DNA from: an uncultured Peptococcaceae bacterium
GTDB lineage: Bacteria; Bacillota; Dehalobacteriia; UBA4068
Length of the DNA stretch: 64,000 bases
Assembly: GCA_964372025.1 (NCBI GenBank)
Contig: CAYJPF010000003.1
Span: forward strand, 3,334-67,333
Reading direction: 5' to 3'
Part shown: positions 35,619-46,157 of the stretch, one piece after another
Position numbering within the stretch: the stretch's first letter is position 1
How the letters are laid out: each line of letters opens with the position of its first letter
Made by a program: the position numbers and the translations under genes
The notes under the pieces: model-generated
Database searches by the model: none
Seen by the model: the letters and a program-made list of their open reading frames with translations, nothing else
What the model was told of the DNA's origin: nothing

Positions 35619-36878
35619 TTATAGTGGTAAAACTATAGCACCGCAAAAACTACCAGACCCCATCGATATGGCCGCTGAGTTACTGCTGATAGCAATGACT
35701 AAAGACGTCTTCGGGGAATGACCATACTCTTGGTCGTAGATAGAGATGGTGTTTTTGTTGGTAGACTGAACAATAATTAGGTCTGTTCCAGCGTTTTCGC
35801 TGGAGTATATCATAAAATAATCAAATGGGTTATCGTTGCTCAAATAGGTTGTATAATTACTTTTATTAATTCTAAAGTTGTGTGCCGATGCGCCGACTCC
35901 TATGTACACGGCCATCCCGGAGCTATTGTCCACATATTGTTTATTAACCGCGTCTCCGTCGTCAGTAGGAGTTGCAAGATTGAGTATCTTATTTGTCGCC
36001 ATGTTAATGGCACCTGACATATTCCCACCACTTGTTGTTAAATAACTTAGTAACCTTTCAAGCAAAAAGCTTTGAGGAACAGCGTCATTGGCCTCAGCAG
36101 GAGAGGAGACATTCTGGATAGGGTTCCCACCCATGTTTAAGGTGCCACTCATTGTTCCTCCAATTTTGGGCAAAGCGTCTATAGGTGTAGCCCATTGCTC
36201 ACCGGTAGCTGTCTTGGTTAGAACTTGCCCAGCTTCTCCGGCTACAGTAGGCTTGGCTATAACGTCCTCTTTTAAAGCATAAGGTGTTAAGTCTATTTTA
36301 GCAGCAGAAGGCACCCAATCGCCTGTCACGCTGTCCCAGATATAGAACATATTCTCCGTGCCCAACACAAGAGCATAGTCACCACTAAGGCTTGTAGGTA
36401 AAGCTGTACGCAAAGCTTCTACAGAGGCATAATCACCCTTGTAGTTATCTATATGCTCCTCTATGGCTGCCAGCGATGCATTTATAGCCGATATAACGGC
36501 ACTTACATCGTTGACACATACAGCACTAACAGTAATCGTATCGTCCGCTGTGGGATACGTAGAAGGCTGCCCGACGAACTCTATACTACCACCTATATAA
36601 CTTACAGCAAATTGCGCAGACTCAGGAGTGATTATGACTCCATTCTTCTTAACAATAGGAGCAGGGCTTTCAAGCCAACCCTTCTTATCGTTAGGCACTT
36701 GGAATATACGATAGCGGTCGTCTGCGTCTATATAGACCTCAGTCATAGCCAAATCAGTTATTTCAGTAGTGCCAAGATTAAGCGCAGTAGCTAATTTAGT
36801 TATAGCTCCAGAGAGACCGGCAATGTCCGCACTCTTAGCAGCAGTTGAGCCGGGGTCAAATGATACAAATGTAGCCAT
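35619..36878 (-). CDS. tail fibre protein
   Basis: two copies of the fibre repeat GGTMSGTLNMGGNPIQNVSSPAEANDAVPQSFL / GGNMSGAINMATNKILNLATPTDDGDAVNKQYVD. Confidence 0.65.
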   Translation of the reverse strand: MATFVSFDPGSTAAKSADIAGLSGAITKLATALNLGTTEITDLAMTEVYIDADDRYRIFQVPNDKKGWLESPAPIVKKNGVIITPESAQFAVSYIGGSIEFVGQPSTYPTADDTITVSAVCVNDVSAVISAINASLAAIEEHIDNYKGDYASVEALRTALPTSLSGDYALVLGTENMFYIWDSVTGDWVPSAAKIDLTPYALKEDVIAKPTVAGEAGQVLTKTATGEQWATPIDALPKIGGTMSGTLNMGGNPIQNVSSPAEANDAVPQSFLLERLLSYLTTSGGNMSGAINMATNKILNLATPTDDGDAVNKQYVDNSSGMAVYIGVGASAHNFRINKSNYTTYLSNDNPFDYFMIYSSENAGTDLIIVQSTNKNTISIYDQEYGHSPKTSLVIAISSNSAAISMGSGSFCGAIVLPL

Positions 36879-36898
36879 AATTTCCCTCCTTTCTTAGA

Positions 36899-37489
36899 TT
36901 AAGCAGACAGAATGGTTATAGTGCCCTGAAGCGTCCAAGTAGAGCCAAGAGCCTTAGTACCCATATTCTGCACAGTCCTATTAAGGGCAACAGCTTCGCC
37001 TGTGTTCCCGTTAAGGATACAAACCTCACGCCAGTTGCCATTAGCTGCATCGTCATCGAATACAGCTCTAAATATGACAGAGCGCCCACTAACTTGAGGA
37101 TAGCCCGATTGCACTTTAGCTGTACCCAAGGAAGCAAGAACACCTACTTGGTCTGCGGCAGAGGGAGTTTCGCTTGAACCGACAGCCATATATGCGTTAG
37201 CCTCAGAATACGGAGTAGCAGACGCGCCTACAAGGGCTTTAAGCAGCTCAGCAGCGCCGCCGTTAAGGATTATATTCCCACCGTCTTCGTACACTTCATA
37301 AGGGACAGCTCCTTCAGCAAGAGCTAAATAGTCCTCAGTATGGTACTTGTTAATCAGAGTATGAAAGCACCATCTAACATGCTCAGATACGCCAAGCTTC
37401 TTACCAACCTGCCGGAGCAGGTCAGTAAGTTGGTCGGTATTTAAATCCTTGAGATTGTCGAGTATAAAGTTAAAATTCTTGTCTTGCAT
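36899..37489 (-). CDS. hypothetical structural protein (196 aa)
   Basis: GAAAGG RBS before ATG (MQDKNF...); directly downstream of tape measure. Confidence 0.5.
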   Translation of the reverse strand: MQDKNFNFILDNLKDLNTDQLTDLLRQVGKKLGVSEHVRWCFHTLINKYHTEDYLALAEGAVPYEVYEDGGNIILNGGAAELLKALVGASATPYSEANAYMAVGSSETPSAADQVGVLASLGTAKVQSGYPQVSGRSVIFRAVFDDDAANGNWREVCILNGNTGEAVALNRTVQNMGTKALGSTWTLQGTITILSA

Positions 37490-37551
37490 AATAAAGCCGC
37501 CTTTCTTCGATTGCTTCTCTGTTTTCATCATACACCCATTTGTTCGAAAAA

Positions 37552-40500
37552 TCAATAGGGCAGTAGCCTAAAGTCTAAGCTACTATATCCCGACTGTCTT
37601 TTCGTAGGTGTAAGATTTACTACTGTATTGTTCGTTGTGCGGGTGTTGTTGTAGTTGTTTTGAGAACCGGTATAACCTGAGCTTCCGCCGGGACTTGTAG
37701 GCATAGAAGGTGTCATCTTCTTCTGTTCTTCTTGGAATTGCCTTAGAACCGCAGCAAAATCTTCCGAGATAGGCTGTATCCAGCCATCACGCCATGCTTC
37801 ATACAAGATTTGAGCACTGCTCTCTCCAACTGATACCATGCCGTGGATAAAGATATCGTCTATCTCTAACCTTGCAGGGTCTGCCCATTCCTCTCCAAAG
37901 ACTTTAGATAGGTCTACAGCAGCAAGTTTGTTGTCTTTCTCCATCTGTTCAAGAACATCAGCCCACATCTTCTCGGCTAAATCGGTAGCCGGTATCATGT
38001 AATCTGTTTTATAGCTCTCCAGCAAGGCTTGATTGTCGTAGGATAGGTTATCCGCATCCAGCTCATTAACTTCATCTACGAGGGCAGATAAAGCGTCAAT
38101 AAGCCTATCAATGACTTCAAGCTCAGCATCTCTTAACGACTCAAGTTGCTCAATCTGGTCATCAATACGCCAGTCCTCAAGTTGCTCATTCCAATCCTTG
38201 TTGATATCAGAAATCTCTTCCATGATATCAGCTTCTTGTTCACGGTACTCTACACCGCTTCGAGCAGAAGCTTCAGCCAAAGACTTACTTGCTTCATCAA
38301 GACGCTCATAGTACTCTTCCTTAGCACGTATACGGTCGTTCTCTTGTTCGACATCCCTAAGCGCATCAATCTGAGCCTGATACCTGTCCTCAATAGCTTC
38401 TTTTTCGCGCTCTAAAGCTTCGATATTAAGCTCAAAGTTCTTTGTTATCTCTTCTTGGGTTTCTGCAAAATTAGACTGTATCTCTACAATTTCATTCTGC
38501 AAGTCCCACCAAGCGGTACTGTTAGCAAGGATGTCTGTAGCATACTCGTTAGGGTCAATAGCACGATATAAATTATTGACCTCGTGTAGTTTCTGCTGTA
38601 TAATCTGAAGCAATGCTACTTGCTCTTCGTCAGATGCGCCTCTTGCTCTTGAAAACTCCAACTCTGCTTCAGCTAAAGCCAAAGCCTCTTCTGCAGCTGT
38701 GATGCGTGGGTCTTCCGTGTCGCTACCGCCATAGCTATCATAGCTGTACGTATCGCCGGAAACATCTGGTAGCTGTACCCCAGCTTCAAGGTTGGCAAGC
38801 TCTTCTTGTATCTGACCTACCATGTCTAAAGCTGAAAGATATTCTTGCTCAGCAGCGATAAAGTCTGCGGTAGCTTCCTCTGCCAAAGAAGAAAACCCTT
38901 TGCGAATGTTAGCTATTTGGATATCTTTTTCGGCTTGTTCTGCAACATTAAGCCACTTCTCCAGCTCTGAGGTAAGCCCTTCAACATTAGTAGAAACAAC
39001 AAGGTTATTGACATTCATACCTTGTGCAAACAAAGCCGAAACCATTTGTGCCTGAGTAAGCAAGCCCTCGGTAGCTTCTTTCATTTGCTCGATACGAGTA
39101 ATAGCGTCTACTATTTCGTTTCCGACATCAACCCAAGCATTAGCGTAGTCCTCTAAGACTCCATTAACGATATCTTGAAGTAACTCTCCAGCCTCTCCAT
39201 TCTCTCGTATATACGCCTGCACATAGCTTTGAATAGCATCCCATGCTTCGCCTTCGCCCTTTACTCTTGCAGCGTTATAAGCATCAAAGTATCCGGACAT
39301 AGCATCTATTGCGTCTTCTACTTCAGCACCGTATAGCTCTTCTACTTCAAGTGCGGCTATCTGGGCTTTTCTTAGGATGTCATCGTTGATTGTATCCCAA
39401 TGCTCCTGATAGTCAGCTTCATATTCACTCATACGAGCTTCAATCGCAGTATATACTTCCTGAACTTCCGAAGGCCATTCGCTGAAGTCCATAGTGTATT
39501 GCTGATTTAACAGTTCCTGCAAACGCTCTAAGTTTTTGTAGATATCAAGAGCGCTGTCTCCAGAAATCTCAAAGGTTCTAAAAAGCTCCTCACCCTTAGA
39601 GTTGATTGTATCTATAGAGCCACCTACCTGTTCAATAAGGTGCTCTATTTCGGTAAGCTCTGGTACAGACTCTCCAAAAGTAAATCCTGTACTTTCAGAT
39701 GACTCCATAAGAAGCCCGCCTTGTTCGTTAATACGATTGGCGTTTGCAACTGCAACTTGATTTTCTATTTCTAAAGCTTTAAGTCGCTCTATAGACTCTT
39801 GCGCTATAAGAGCTATACCAGATTGACGACCATCGTTAAGCTTCTCAATCTGTTCTGCCTCAAGTGCATAAGCTTCAGTGACATCTTTTACCCAACCGCC
39901 AAGAACCTGCCTCTGAGATGCTTCTTCAGTCTGTAATAGCACTGTAGACTTGTACTGGTCTGACAGTTTTTGCATAGCAGAAAGCTCGTCAAACACCTCT
40001 TGTGCTCTATCATTAGCAGCAACAGACATCTCGCGTTGTTTTTCGTTATAATCTTCGATGGCACTAACTATTGCGTTTACAGCAAGAGTGCCGATAGCAA
40101 AGGCGGTAGTCCAACCAGTTATACTTTGGCTAAGAGTTTTGCTGACTTTAGCTGCTGCTTCTACGTTTGGATTGAACTTATTTGCTATGTTTTTTCCAGC
40201 ATTAACAAACGCAGTCCCAACACCACCAATAAACTTAGCAATGTTCTCTTGTTTGATAAGCAAGAAGGCTATCCACACTGCATTGAGCAGAGAAGGTATA
40301 CCACCGATTACGCCTACAAACTTTACAAGTTCGGTAAGCGCAGAAGTTAATCCTTTGAAGAAACTTAGTCCGCTCTCTTCACTAAAAGCTACTGCCAGCA
40401 ATTCAGCTTCATTACGCAGTACTTGGAAACGTACAGCAAGTGTGTTCATAACCTTGACGTTTTCTTCAACTGAATAATTAGAAGCAGTAAGCATACCCTC

Positions 40501-41757
40501 AAGAGCCTTCTCATAGGTGTCCGTACTACCCAACAAACCTATAAAGTAATTCTGCCTAAGAGTACCTGCTGTAGTATAAACGTCCGTAATTGTAGAGGTA
40601 ATATCAGTAGCTTCGGCTTCTAATTGGTCGGCAAACTCACCATACGCCTCAGATGCAAATAATTCATTGAGTACAGCCTGACGCTCTACGTCTAAATTAT
40701 TTATCTCTACAGATAGTGCCTGCCATACTTCAGCTATAGATGCTGCGCCCATTCGGTATCGTTCTACCGTGTCAGCAACGCTACCGCCCAACTGGGCAAA
40801 TACGTCTAAAGAAGATGCACGTGAAGAAAAGTTAATCAAAGAGTTAAGCGCCGTACCAATATTAGCACCGCTACGACCAAGCTCTTCAGACATACCTGTA
40901 ATCAAAGCTATAGTAGATTGCAAAGACAGTCCTGCGTTATCAGCCGCACCACCGGCACGTTGCAAAGCATCGACTATTTTTTCTGAAGTAACAGGAAAGT
41001 TATCAGCAGTTTTGTTTATCTGGTCGATAATGCTTTCCATATCGGAAGCTTCAAGGTTAAACTGAGAGATAACAGCGATAAGCCCTGTTGTAGCATCCTC
41101 AACTTCAAGCTCAGCAGTGTTAACTGCAAGCATGGTAGCACGAGTAAGGTCAAGCACTTCAGCCCACTCAGCACCTGTCTGAGCAAACTTAACAGCCGTA
41201 TCAGATACTTCTTCAAAAGTACGACCGAACTCAATAGCCATATCATAAAGTTCGCCCTGAATAGCTACATCGCCGACATCTTCGTTCAAAACCCTCTGGA
41301 GCTCAACAACAGCCGTTTCGGTTTCAGTGATAACCCTTAGTGTCTCGGTAAAGGCTTCTTTAATTTGGGTGACTAAATAGAACGCCGCCAACCATCTGGC
41401 TTTGTCTGTGATTGTTTTTAAAAACTGAAAAGATGCTCCTTCAGCCTTGGTCGTTGCATCGCTAATGTCAACCATAGACTGTTTGTGTTTAGCTGTTTCA
41501 GGAGCCTGACCCTTATAAGCATCAGTGGCACTTTTAGTAGCCGTAGCAAGTCTCTCTGTGCTTTTGGCAGCTTTATCTACAGCATCACTACTGCCGCTCT
41601 CAACGCCTAATGCCTTATTGAGGTTAATCTGATACTGCGGGTCTGAAGCCATATCTGAGGCAGCTTTCTGAAGGGCAGCCTTTGCCTCGAGAATATCTTG
41701 GTTAAATTGGGTTAAGTCTAAGCCTACCGACGTAAGCCTTGTTAATCCGTCGCTCAC
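37552..41757 (-). CDS. tail tape measure protein (1401 aa)
   Basis: length, extreme helical A/E/L composition, TP901-type core (FQFLKTITDKARWLAAFYL...LISQFNLEASD...LSLQSTIALITGMSEELG). Confidence 0.85.
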   Translation of the reverse strand: MSDGLTRLTSVGLDLTQFNQDILEAKAALQKAASDMASDPQYQINLNKALGVESGSSDAVDKAAKSTERLATATKSATDAYKGQAPETAKHKQSMVDISDATTKAEGASFQFLKTITDKARWLAAFYLVTQIKEAFTETLRVITETETAVVELQRVLNEDVGDVAIQGELYDMAIEFGRTFEEVSDTAVKFAQTGAEWAEVLDLTRATMLAVNTAELEVEDATTGLIAVISQFNLEASDMESIIDQINKTADNFPVTSEKIVDALQRAGGAADNAGLSLQSTIALITGMSEELGRSGANIGTALNSLINFSSRASSLDVFAQLGGSVADTVERYRMGAASIAEVWQALSVEINNLDVERQAVLNELFASEAYGEFADQLEAEATDITSTITDVYTTAGTLRQNYFIGLLGSTDTYEKALEGMLTASNYSVEENVKVMNTLAVRFQVLRNEAELLAVAFSEESGLSFFKGLTSALTELVKFVGVIGGIPSLLNAVWIAFLLIKQENIAKFIGGVGTAFVNAGKNIANKFNPNVEAAAKVSKTLSQSITGWTTAFAIGTLAVNAIVSAIEDYNEKQREMSVAANDRAQEVFDELSAMQKLSDQYKSTVLLQTEEASQRQVLGGWVKDVTEAYALEAEQIEKLNDGRQSGIALIAQESIERLKALEIENQVAVANANRINEQGGLLMESSESTGFTFGESVPELTEIEHLIEQVGGSIDTINSKGEELFRTFEISGDSALDIYKNLERLQELLNQQYTMDFSEWPSEVQEVYTAIEARMSEYEADYQEHWDTINDDILRKAQIAALEVEELYGAEVEDAIDAMSGYFDAYNAARVKGEGEAWDAIQSYVQAYIRENGEAGELLQDIVNGVLEDYANAWVDVGNEIVDAITRIEQMKEATEGLLTQAQMVSALFAQGMNVNNLVVSTNVEGLTSELEKWLNVAEQAEKDIQIANIRKGFSSLAEEATADFIAAEQEYLSALDMVGQIQEELANLEAGVQLPDVSGDTYSYDSYGGSDTEDPRITAAEEALALAEAELEFSRARGASDEEQVALLQIIQQKLHEVNNLYRAIDPNEYATDILANSTAWWDLQNEIVEIQSNFAETQEEITKNFELNIEALEREKEAIEDRYQAQIDALRDVEQENDRIRAKEEYYERLDEASKSLAEASARSGVEYREQEADIMEEISDINKDWNEQLEDWRIDDQIEQLESLRDAELEVIDRLIDALSALVDEVNELDADNLSYDNQALLESYKTDYMIPATDLAEKMWADVLEQMEKDNKLAAVDLSKVFGEEWADPARLEIDDIFIHGMVSVGESSAQILYEAWRDGWIQPISEDFAAVLRQFQEEQKKMTPSMPTSPGGSSGYTGSQNNYNNTRTTNNTVVNLTPTKRQSGYSSLDFRLLPY

Positions 41758-42011
41758 TTCTGCACCTCCTGCAAAGATTGTATCTGCTGATACGCTTTAT
41801 AGCCGTCCGGGTCTGCACTCTTGAACTCTTCTGTACCCCAAGTTGGGTACTCACTGTCCGGCAAAACCATAGGGACTGTATCGTCTTTTTTCTTTCCACT
41901 TACGCCTAAGTTCTCACATGCACGTTTAGGATATTCCGAGTACATACTTAAAAGATAGGGGTAAGAATGTTTGGAAATCTCTTCATCAGTAAATCCGTAG
42001 TAGTAACGCAT
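41754..42011 (-). CDS. tail assembly chaperone-like small protein
   Basis: position between major tail and tape measure; acidic. Confidence 0.4.
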   Translation of the reverse strand: MRYYYGFTDEEISKHSYPYLLSMYSEYPKRACENLGVSGKKKDDTVPMVLPDSEYPTWGTEEFKSADPDGYKAYQQIQSLQEVQK

Positions 42012-42097
42012 TACTGAGTGAAAATGTTCCCAAGTAAACTCGTTTTCAGCGTCCGCATCATCTGCGTTATCTGCATCGTCCTTGGACGCAGACGCTT

Positions 42098-42574
42098 TTA
42101 AAAACCCGAAAGCTTATGTAACTCCACAAGCATTAGTTCAATTTCGCTCTTGCTAAGTTCAAACTTCCGCTCTAAGTCGTAGAAACAGACAGACTTGCCT
42201 TTATAAAAGACTTTCTTTTGTATCCACTTAACGTTGCTGTGAGCAGGGCTATCTACATAATAATGTTTTTTAAAGCCCAGTTTCTTTAGCAGTAAGCACC
42301 ATACACGCCTGAAGCTCTTTAAATCTTTCTCAGAGTTGCGTCTTGAACCGGCAGAGAACAAAGCTATAATGTGTTGTTTAAGCTGCTTATCGGTAAAATC
42401 TTCGTCTTGCCCATCTTCTTTAATAGGCACAGGCGTAACAGCTAAATCGTTAAGATACTCTTCCTCTTCCCCAAGGAACACAGGTATAATTTTAAACTCA
42501 AATCCGTTTAATGTAATATGCCCTCTCTCAAGCATCTTATCTTTTGCTTCACGAGAAACATCTATATCTGCCAT
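42098..42574 (-). CDS. tail assembly chaperone-like protein
   Basis: position upstream of tape measure. Confidence 0.4.
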   Translation of the reverse strand: MADIDVSREAKDKMLERGHITLNGFEFKIIPVFLGEEEEYLNDLAVTPVPIKEDGQDEDFTDKQLKQHIIALFSAGSRRNSEKDLKSFRRVWCLLLKKLGFKKHYYVDSPAHSNVKWIQKKVFYKGKSVCFYDLERKFELSKSEIELMLVELHKLSGF

Positions 42575-42665
42575 GCTAATCCTCCTTTACAAAAAACCCG
42601 CCGCCCACATGGTTGTCAGATGTGGAACGACGGGTCTTTGCCTTAATTGTTAAGTGTAAATGCGG

Positions 42666-43493
42666 TTACGGTGTGACTGCCGAAGGTTCATAGACAGGCA
42701 AGAACTGCTCTGTAAATGCACGCTTTCCAACAGGCGGTGTCTGCGATACGAAGGTGTACGAAACGGTAGAAACAGGTGATTTCTGGCTGGCCATCGAAGT
42801 AAGGTCGCCCGAAACAGCAGCTCTTTGAACTACCCAGTATCTACGGTGTTTGGTCTTACCGGCAACAGACTGAACAACACCGAAGAACTCGAGTTTAAAC
42901 TCGGTAGCACTAAGGATTTCGGCACTCTCAATAGTAGTAACATCGTCTACCATAGAGAAATACATAATCTCAAAGTTCTTTACGCCATAGCTTGATGCTA
43001 CCGAAAGAGTCTTGGTGTCTACGTCGTACTTGTACTGACCTTCAGCAAGTGCTTCCGAGCTATCGCCCATGTCCACAAACATTGTACCCTCGTCATCGGT
43101 AAGGTAAATGTAAATGTGTCCTTCGGCGTTAGCTGTGGGGAAGTTCTCAGTGCCAAAAGTATAAGTGCCAGCTGCGATGGGCTGGATGCTACCCATAACA
43201 GGTGCATAAGCCTGACCTTGTACAACCTGACGACCGGCAATTTTGCCATGGAATATCGGGTCAAACGTACTGAACTCAACAGCAATACTCTCTTGCTCCG
43301 ACTGGGGAAGAGTGTAGTCCGGGCCATCACCCGAAGGTACTGTTTCATCTGTACGGGATGTAGTGGGGGTTGACGCTGTTAGAAAGTTCTTGAACGTTTT
43401 GAGGTGCTCAAGTTCTACTCCGCCCTCACCAATCGGAGTCATTACCATTGTGCCGCCATTAAAGGGGGCGAGGTCTCTGGGTATCATGCTCAT
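42666..43493 (-). CDS. major tail protein
   Basis: 275 aa beta-rich protein immediately upstream of chaperone/tape-measure genes. Confidence 0.55.
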   Translation of the reverse strand: MSMIPRDLAPFNGGTMVMTPIGEGGVELEHLKTFKNFLTASTPTTSRTDETVPSGDGPDYTLPQSEQESIAVEFSTFDPIFHGKIAGRQVVQGQAYAPVMGSIQPIAAGTYTFGTENFPTANAEGHIYIYLTDDEGTMFVDMGDSSEALAEGQYKYDVDTKTLSVASSYGVKNFEIMYFSMVDDVTTIESAEILSATEFKLEFFGVVQSVAGKTKHRRYWVVQRAAVSGDLTSMASQKSPVSTVSYTFVSQTPPVGKRAFTEQFLPVYEPSAVTP

Positions 43494-43516
43494 AATGTGT
43501 GTCTCCCTTCAGTTTG

Positions 43517-43942
43517 TTAGTTTACTTTTCTTATCGGATTAAATAAAGTAGCCTCGCAGTAGAACTGCATTGAATATAATAACGTGCCAGCAGGAGAGGT
43601 TAGCTTCTTAGGGGCTCGTTTAAGGTTGAGCACGTGTAAGTTGCCAATATCTCTGTTCTGCAACAACGCTAATATCTGGTCACAAGCGTTAGAAACGGTA
43701 CCAATTTTCTTTGTATTAGCTGCTACCAAGATTTCGTACACAACACGTGTGCTAATCTCAGAGGCATCAAAATCAGTATCAGCCTTAATGAAGATAGCTT
43801 GAGTGGTAAGCGTAATCTCTTCATCAATCATATCATAAAGATAAATCTCTTCGGGAATAAAACCTACAGCAAGCAAGTACTCGTCTGTCTCAAGAATGGT
43901 CTTGATTTCTCGCATGTCTTCAAATGTTGTTAAAGCCATCAA
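43517..43942 (-). CDS. tail terminator / head-tail joining protein
   Basis: synteny in head-tail connector cluster. Confidence 0.4.
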   Translation of the reverse strand: MMALTTFEDMREIKTILETDEYLLAVGFIPEEIYLYDMIDEEITLTTQAIFIKADTDFDASEISTRVVYEILVAANTKKIGTVSNACDQILALLQNRDIGNLHVLNLKRAPKKLTSPAGTLLYSMQFYCEATLFNPIRKVN

Positions 43943-44523
43943 GCATTCCCCCAGTACTTAGTTGCATTTTTTGAGAGCCACTCTGTAAACTCTTTAGAAA
44001 TGTAATCAGCAAGCTCACCGTCGTCAAAGTAAATCTTCTCTACGTCCTGTATACGCATCGTAGGTGTAATGCCCGGACTCCCTATAGGCACACCAGCATG
44101 AGTTCCGCTTGAAACTGCACTTCCAAAGATGCTCTTATATGTGCCACCTTCTCTGCCTACTATTGTATTGCCGGAACGCAATTTATTGAAATACTCAGAC
44201 TCTTTATAGTCTCCCCATTGCTTGTTGCTCTTGTCACGTCTATCACCAGTACCAAAGCTATCCATAATAGCCAAAGCACCAGCTTCTATATACGCAACCG
44301 CTCTTTTTTCAAAGGCTTGCACCTCAGCAGGTATTATTTGAAAATCATCTGCAGCTTTATTCTTGTCGTAAATGCCGATATCAAATATCCTACCGGCAGG
44401 GTTGTGTTGCATCTCAGACATAATGGTCATAGCAATAACGTCGAGTTTCTTAGACATATACTCAAGCAAGTCCATCATCATCTTATCAATATCAACTGTG
44501 ATAGTCAAAAGCTTGTTAGACAT
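43939..44523 (-). CDS. head-tail joining protein
   Basis: synteny; overlapping stop/start. Confidence 0.4.
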   Translation of the reverse strand: MSNKLLTITVDIDKMMMDLLEYMSKKLDVIAMTIMSEMQHNPAGRIFDIGIYDKNKAADDFQIIPAEVQAFEKRAVAYIEAGALAIMDSFGTGDRRDKSNKQWGDYKESEYFNKLRSGNTIVGREGGTYKSIFGSAVSSGTHAGVPIGSPGITPTMRIQDVEKIYFDDGELADYISKEFTEWLSKNATKYWGNA

Positions 44524-44530
44524 GCTCCAC

Positions 44531-45229
44531 CTATATATCTTTCGTCAGCTCTATCTTAAGCACTCCAAATACAGCACTCTCGTCAAAGCTGTCTACAAAG
44601 GTCTGGTCTATACTCTCTACTTTATAAGATTGATTGCCCCATATCGTAGTGTGGTCTGTTTTGCTAACAGGGACAAACTCTTTTCTTAAAACAAAGTTAG
44701 ATGCGTTTACGGGGTACGCAACAGGAATAATTACATTGATAACATTCCTTGGATATCCACCCATTTGTGTAGATTGCTGAGCGGTCATCGTTGTATTTGA
44801 GTAAACCAAAACACCTTCGTGTATATTAACAAACACATCTTTAAGGTCGCCCGTAAGAGGGTCTTCCTCTTTATCTTTATAAGCAACGTCAACCTTTTCG
44901 TTACACTCAGCTATATAAATCTCAGTAAGCCTATCTGTGTACGGAGTTTCGGTAGTAGACATTAAGATATAAGTTTTGCCCGGAACCTCTTCACGCGTAA
45001 AGTAATGCCCTCTAAGTTTATCTGCAATAATGCCTTCGGGACAAAGCATAGTGCCTACAAACTCGTATTCTTTAGCACCGGAGATGTGGCTCTTTGCCAT
45101 CGTAGTTTCCATTGCAATATAACACTCAATCGAAGCTGAGCCATCATACTGCTGTATATAAATCTTCTCGCCAAGCTCTTGAACAGTTTCAATAAGCGAT
45201 AACGCTATTTCATTCTTATCTATTTCCAT
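44531..45229 (-). CDS. hypothetical structural protein (232 aa)
   Basis: synteny. Confidence 0.4.
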   Translation of the reverse strand: MEIDKNEIALSLIETVQELGEKIYIQQYDGSASIECYIAMETTMAKSHISGAKEYEFVGTMLCPEGIIADKLRGHYFTREEVPGKTYILMSTTETPYTDRLTEIYIAECNEKVDVAYKDKEEDPLTGDLKDVFVNIHEGVLVYSNTTMTAQQSTQMGGYPRNVINVIIPVAYPVNASNFVLRKEFVPVSKTDHTTIWGNQSYKVESIDQTFVDSFDESAVFGVLKIELTKDI

Positions 45230-45645
45230 TAGGTCACCCTAATTCCAAAGAAGGTAGTGCTACCCTCGATTAACTGAGACAGCAGACTATCAAGCATATC
45301 ACTTAGGCTCATAGACGCTTGACTAAACAAGTTGTAATCAGTTGCGTGATATTCTACGTTTACATCTGCAACTTGCCTGCGCTTAACCTTAGCACTACGA
45401 GCATAGCCTTCAAACATGATTGCTGTCTTATAAACGATACACGATTGGAATATTTCAAACTTATCTTTATCTTCAAGTTGAAAAGTTTCCCAATTAGTAA
45501 CGATAGCCTTAATGTCTCGCTCTGCCATAGGAGCTTTCTCAGGCATATCTATAAGCATATTAGAAATAGACGCTTCGGATATATTATCCAACAACGCTCT
45601 AACACGAGAATGAAAGTTAGTTATCCGCAAATAGTTCCAGCTCAC
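45229..45645 (-). CDS. head-tail connector/adaptor protein
   Basis: synteny downstream of capsid gene. Confidence 0.4.
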   Translation of the reverse strand: MSWNYLRITNFHSRVRALLDNISEASISNMLIDMPEKAPMAERDIKAIVTNWETFQLEDKDKFEIFQSCIVYKTAIMFEGYARSAKVKRRQVADVNVEYHATDYNLFSQASMSLSDMLDSLLSQLIEGSTTFFGIRVT

Positions 45646-45672
45646 GTACTATTCCACCTTTCAGCTTATTAC

Positions 45673-45858
45673 CTACATAGTAGCACGATAGTCCATGTTT
45701 GTCAAGAGCGGTTCAAGGAAGGTGATGTCGTGTATGCCATACGCTTCGCATCTTCCGTTTTCAAACTCCACTATTCCCATAACACAACTGTCTACTACTA
45801 ACCACTGAATAAAAGTAGCAATCTCGTTAGAGCCGTCTATAACGCACTGTCTATACAT
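45673..45858 (-). CDS. hypothetical small protein
   Basis: 61-aa ORF. Confidence 0.3.
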   Translation of the reverse strand: MYRQCVIDGSNEIATFIQWLVVDSCVMGIVEFENGRCEAYGIHDITFLEPLLTNMDYRATM

Positions 45859-45859
45859 A

Positions 45860-46060
45860 CTAACCTCTCCTGACTTTCAATGAGTTATCTCCACTAAATA
45901 CTCGTGAAGGCTTATCTGTGGTATAGCCATATCTGACACCGTTAATTATTACTTGACCTGAAGTCTGCCTTGCTATAGAATATACTCCTCTTGAACTTTT
46001 ACTACGCATAGCATCGCGCTCGTAGTCCTTATAAGTATGTTTGGGCGTTACCCTTGCCAT
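45860..46060 (-). CDS. hypothetical small protein
   Basis: 66-aa ORF. Confidence 0.3.
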   Translation of the reverse strand: MARVTPKHTYKDYERDAMRSKSSRGVYSIARQTSGQVIINGVRYGYTTDKPSRVFSGDNSLKVRRG

Positions 46061-46157
46061 TCACATCACCCTTTCTAAGTTGAACATAGCACAAAAAACC
46101 ACAAAAGTCAATTTAAAAAGCCTCCCGGAATTACCCGAGAGGCCTTGAAAAGGAGGA

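Noticed and set aside
41754-42574. Programmed -1 frameshift joining the two tail-assembly-chaperone ORFs
   Set aside because: The ORFs are separated by 86 nt. The downstream frame has an in-frame TAA at 42066-42068, so there is no overlap or slippery site.
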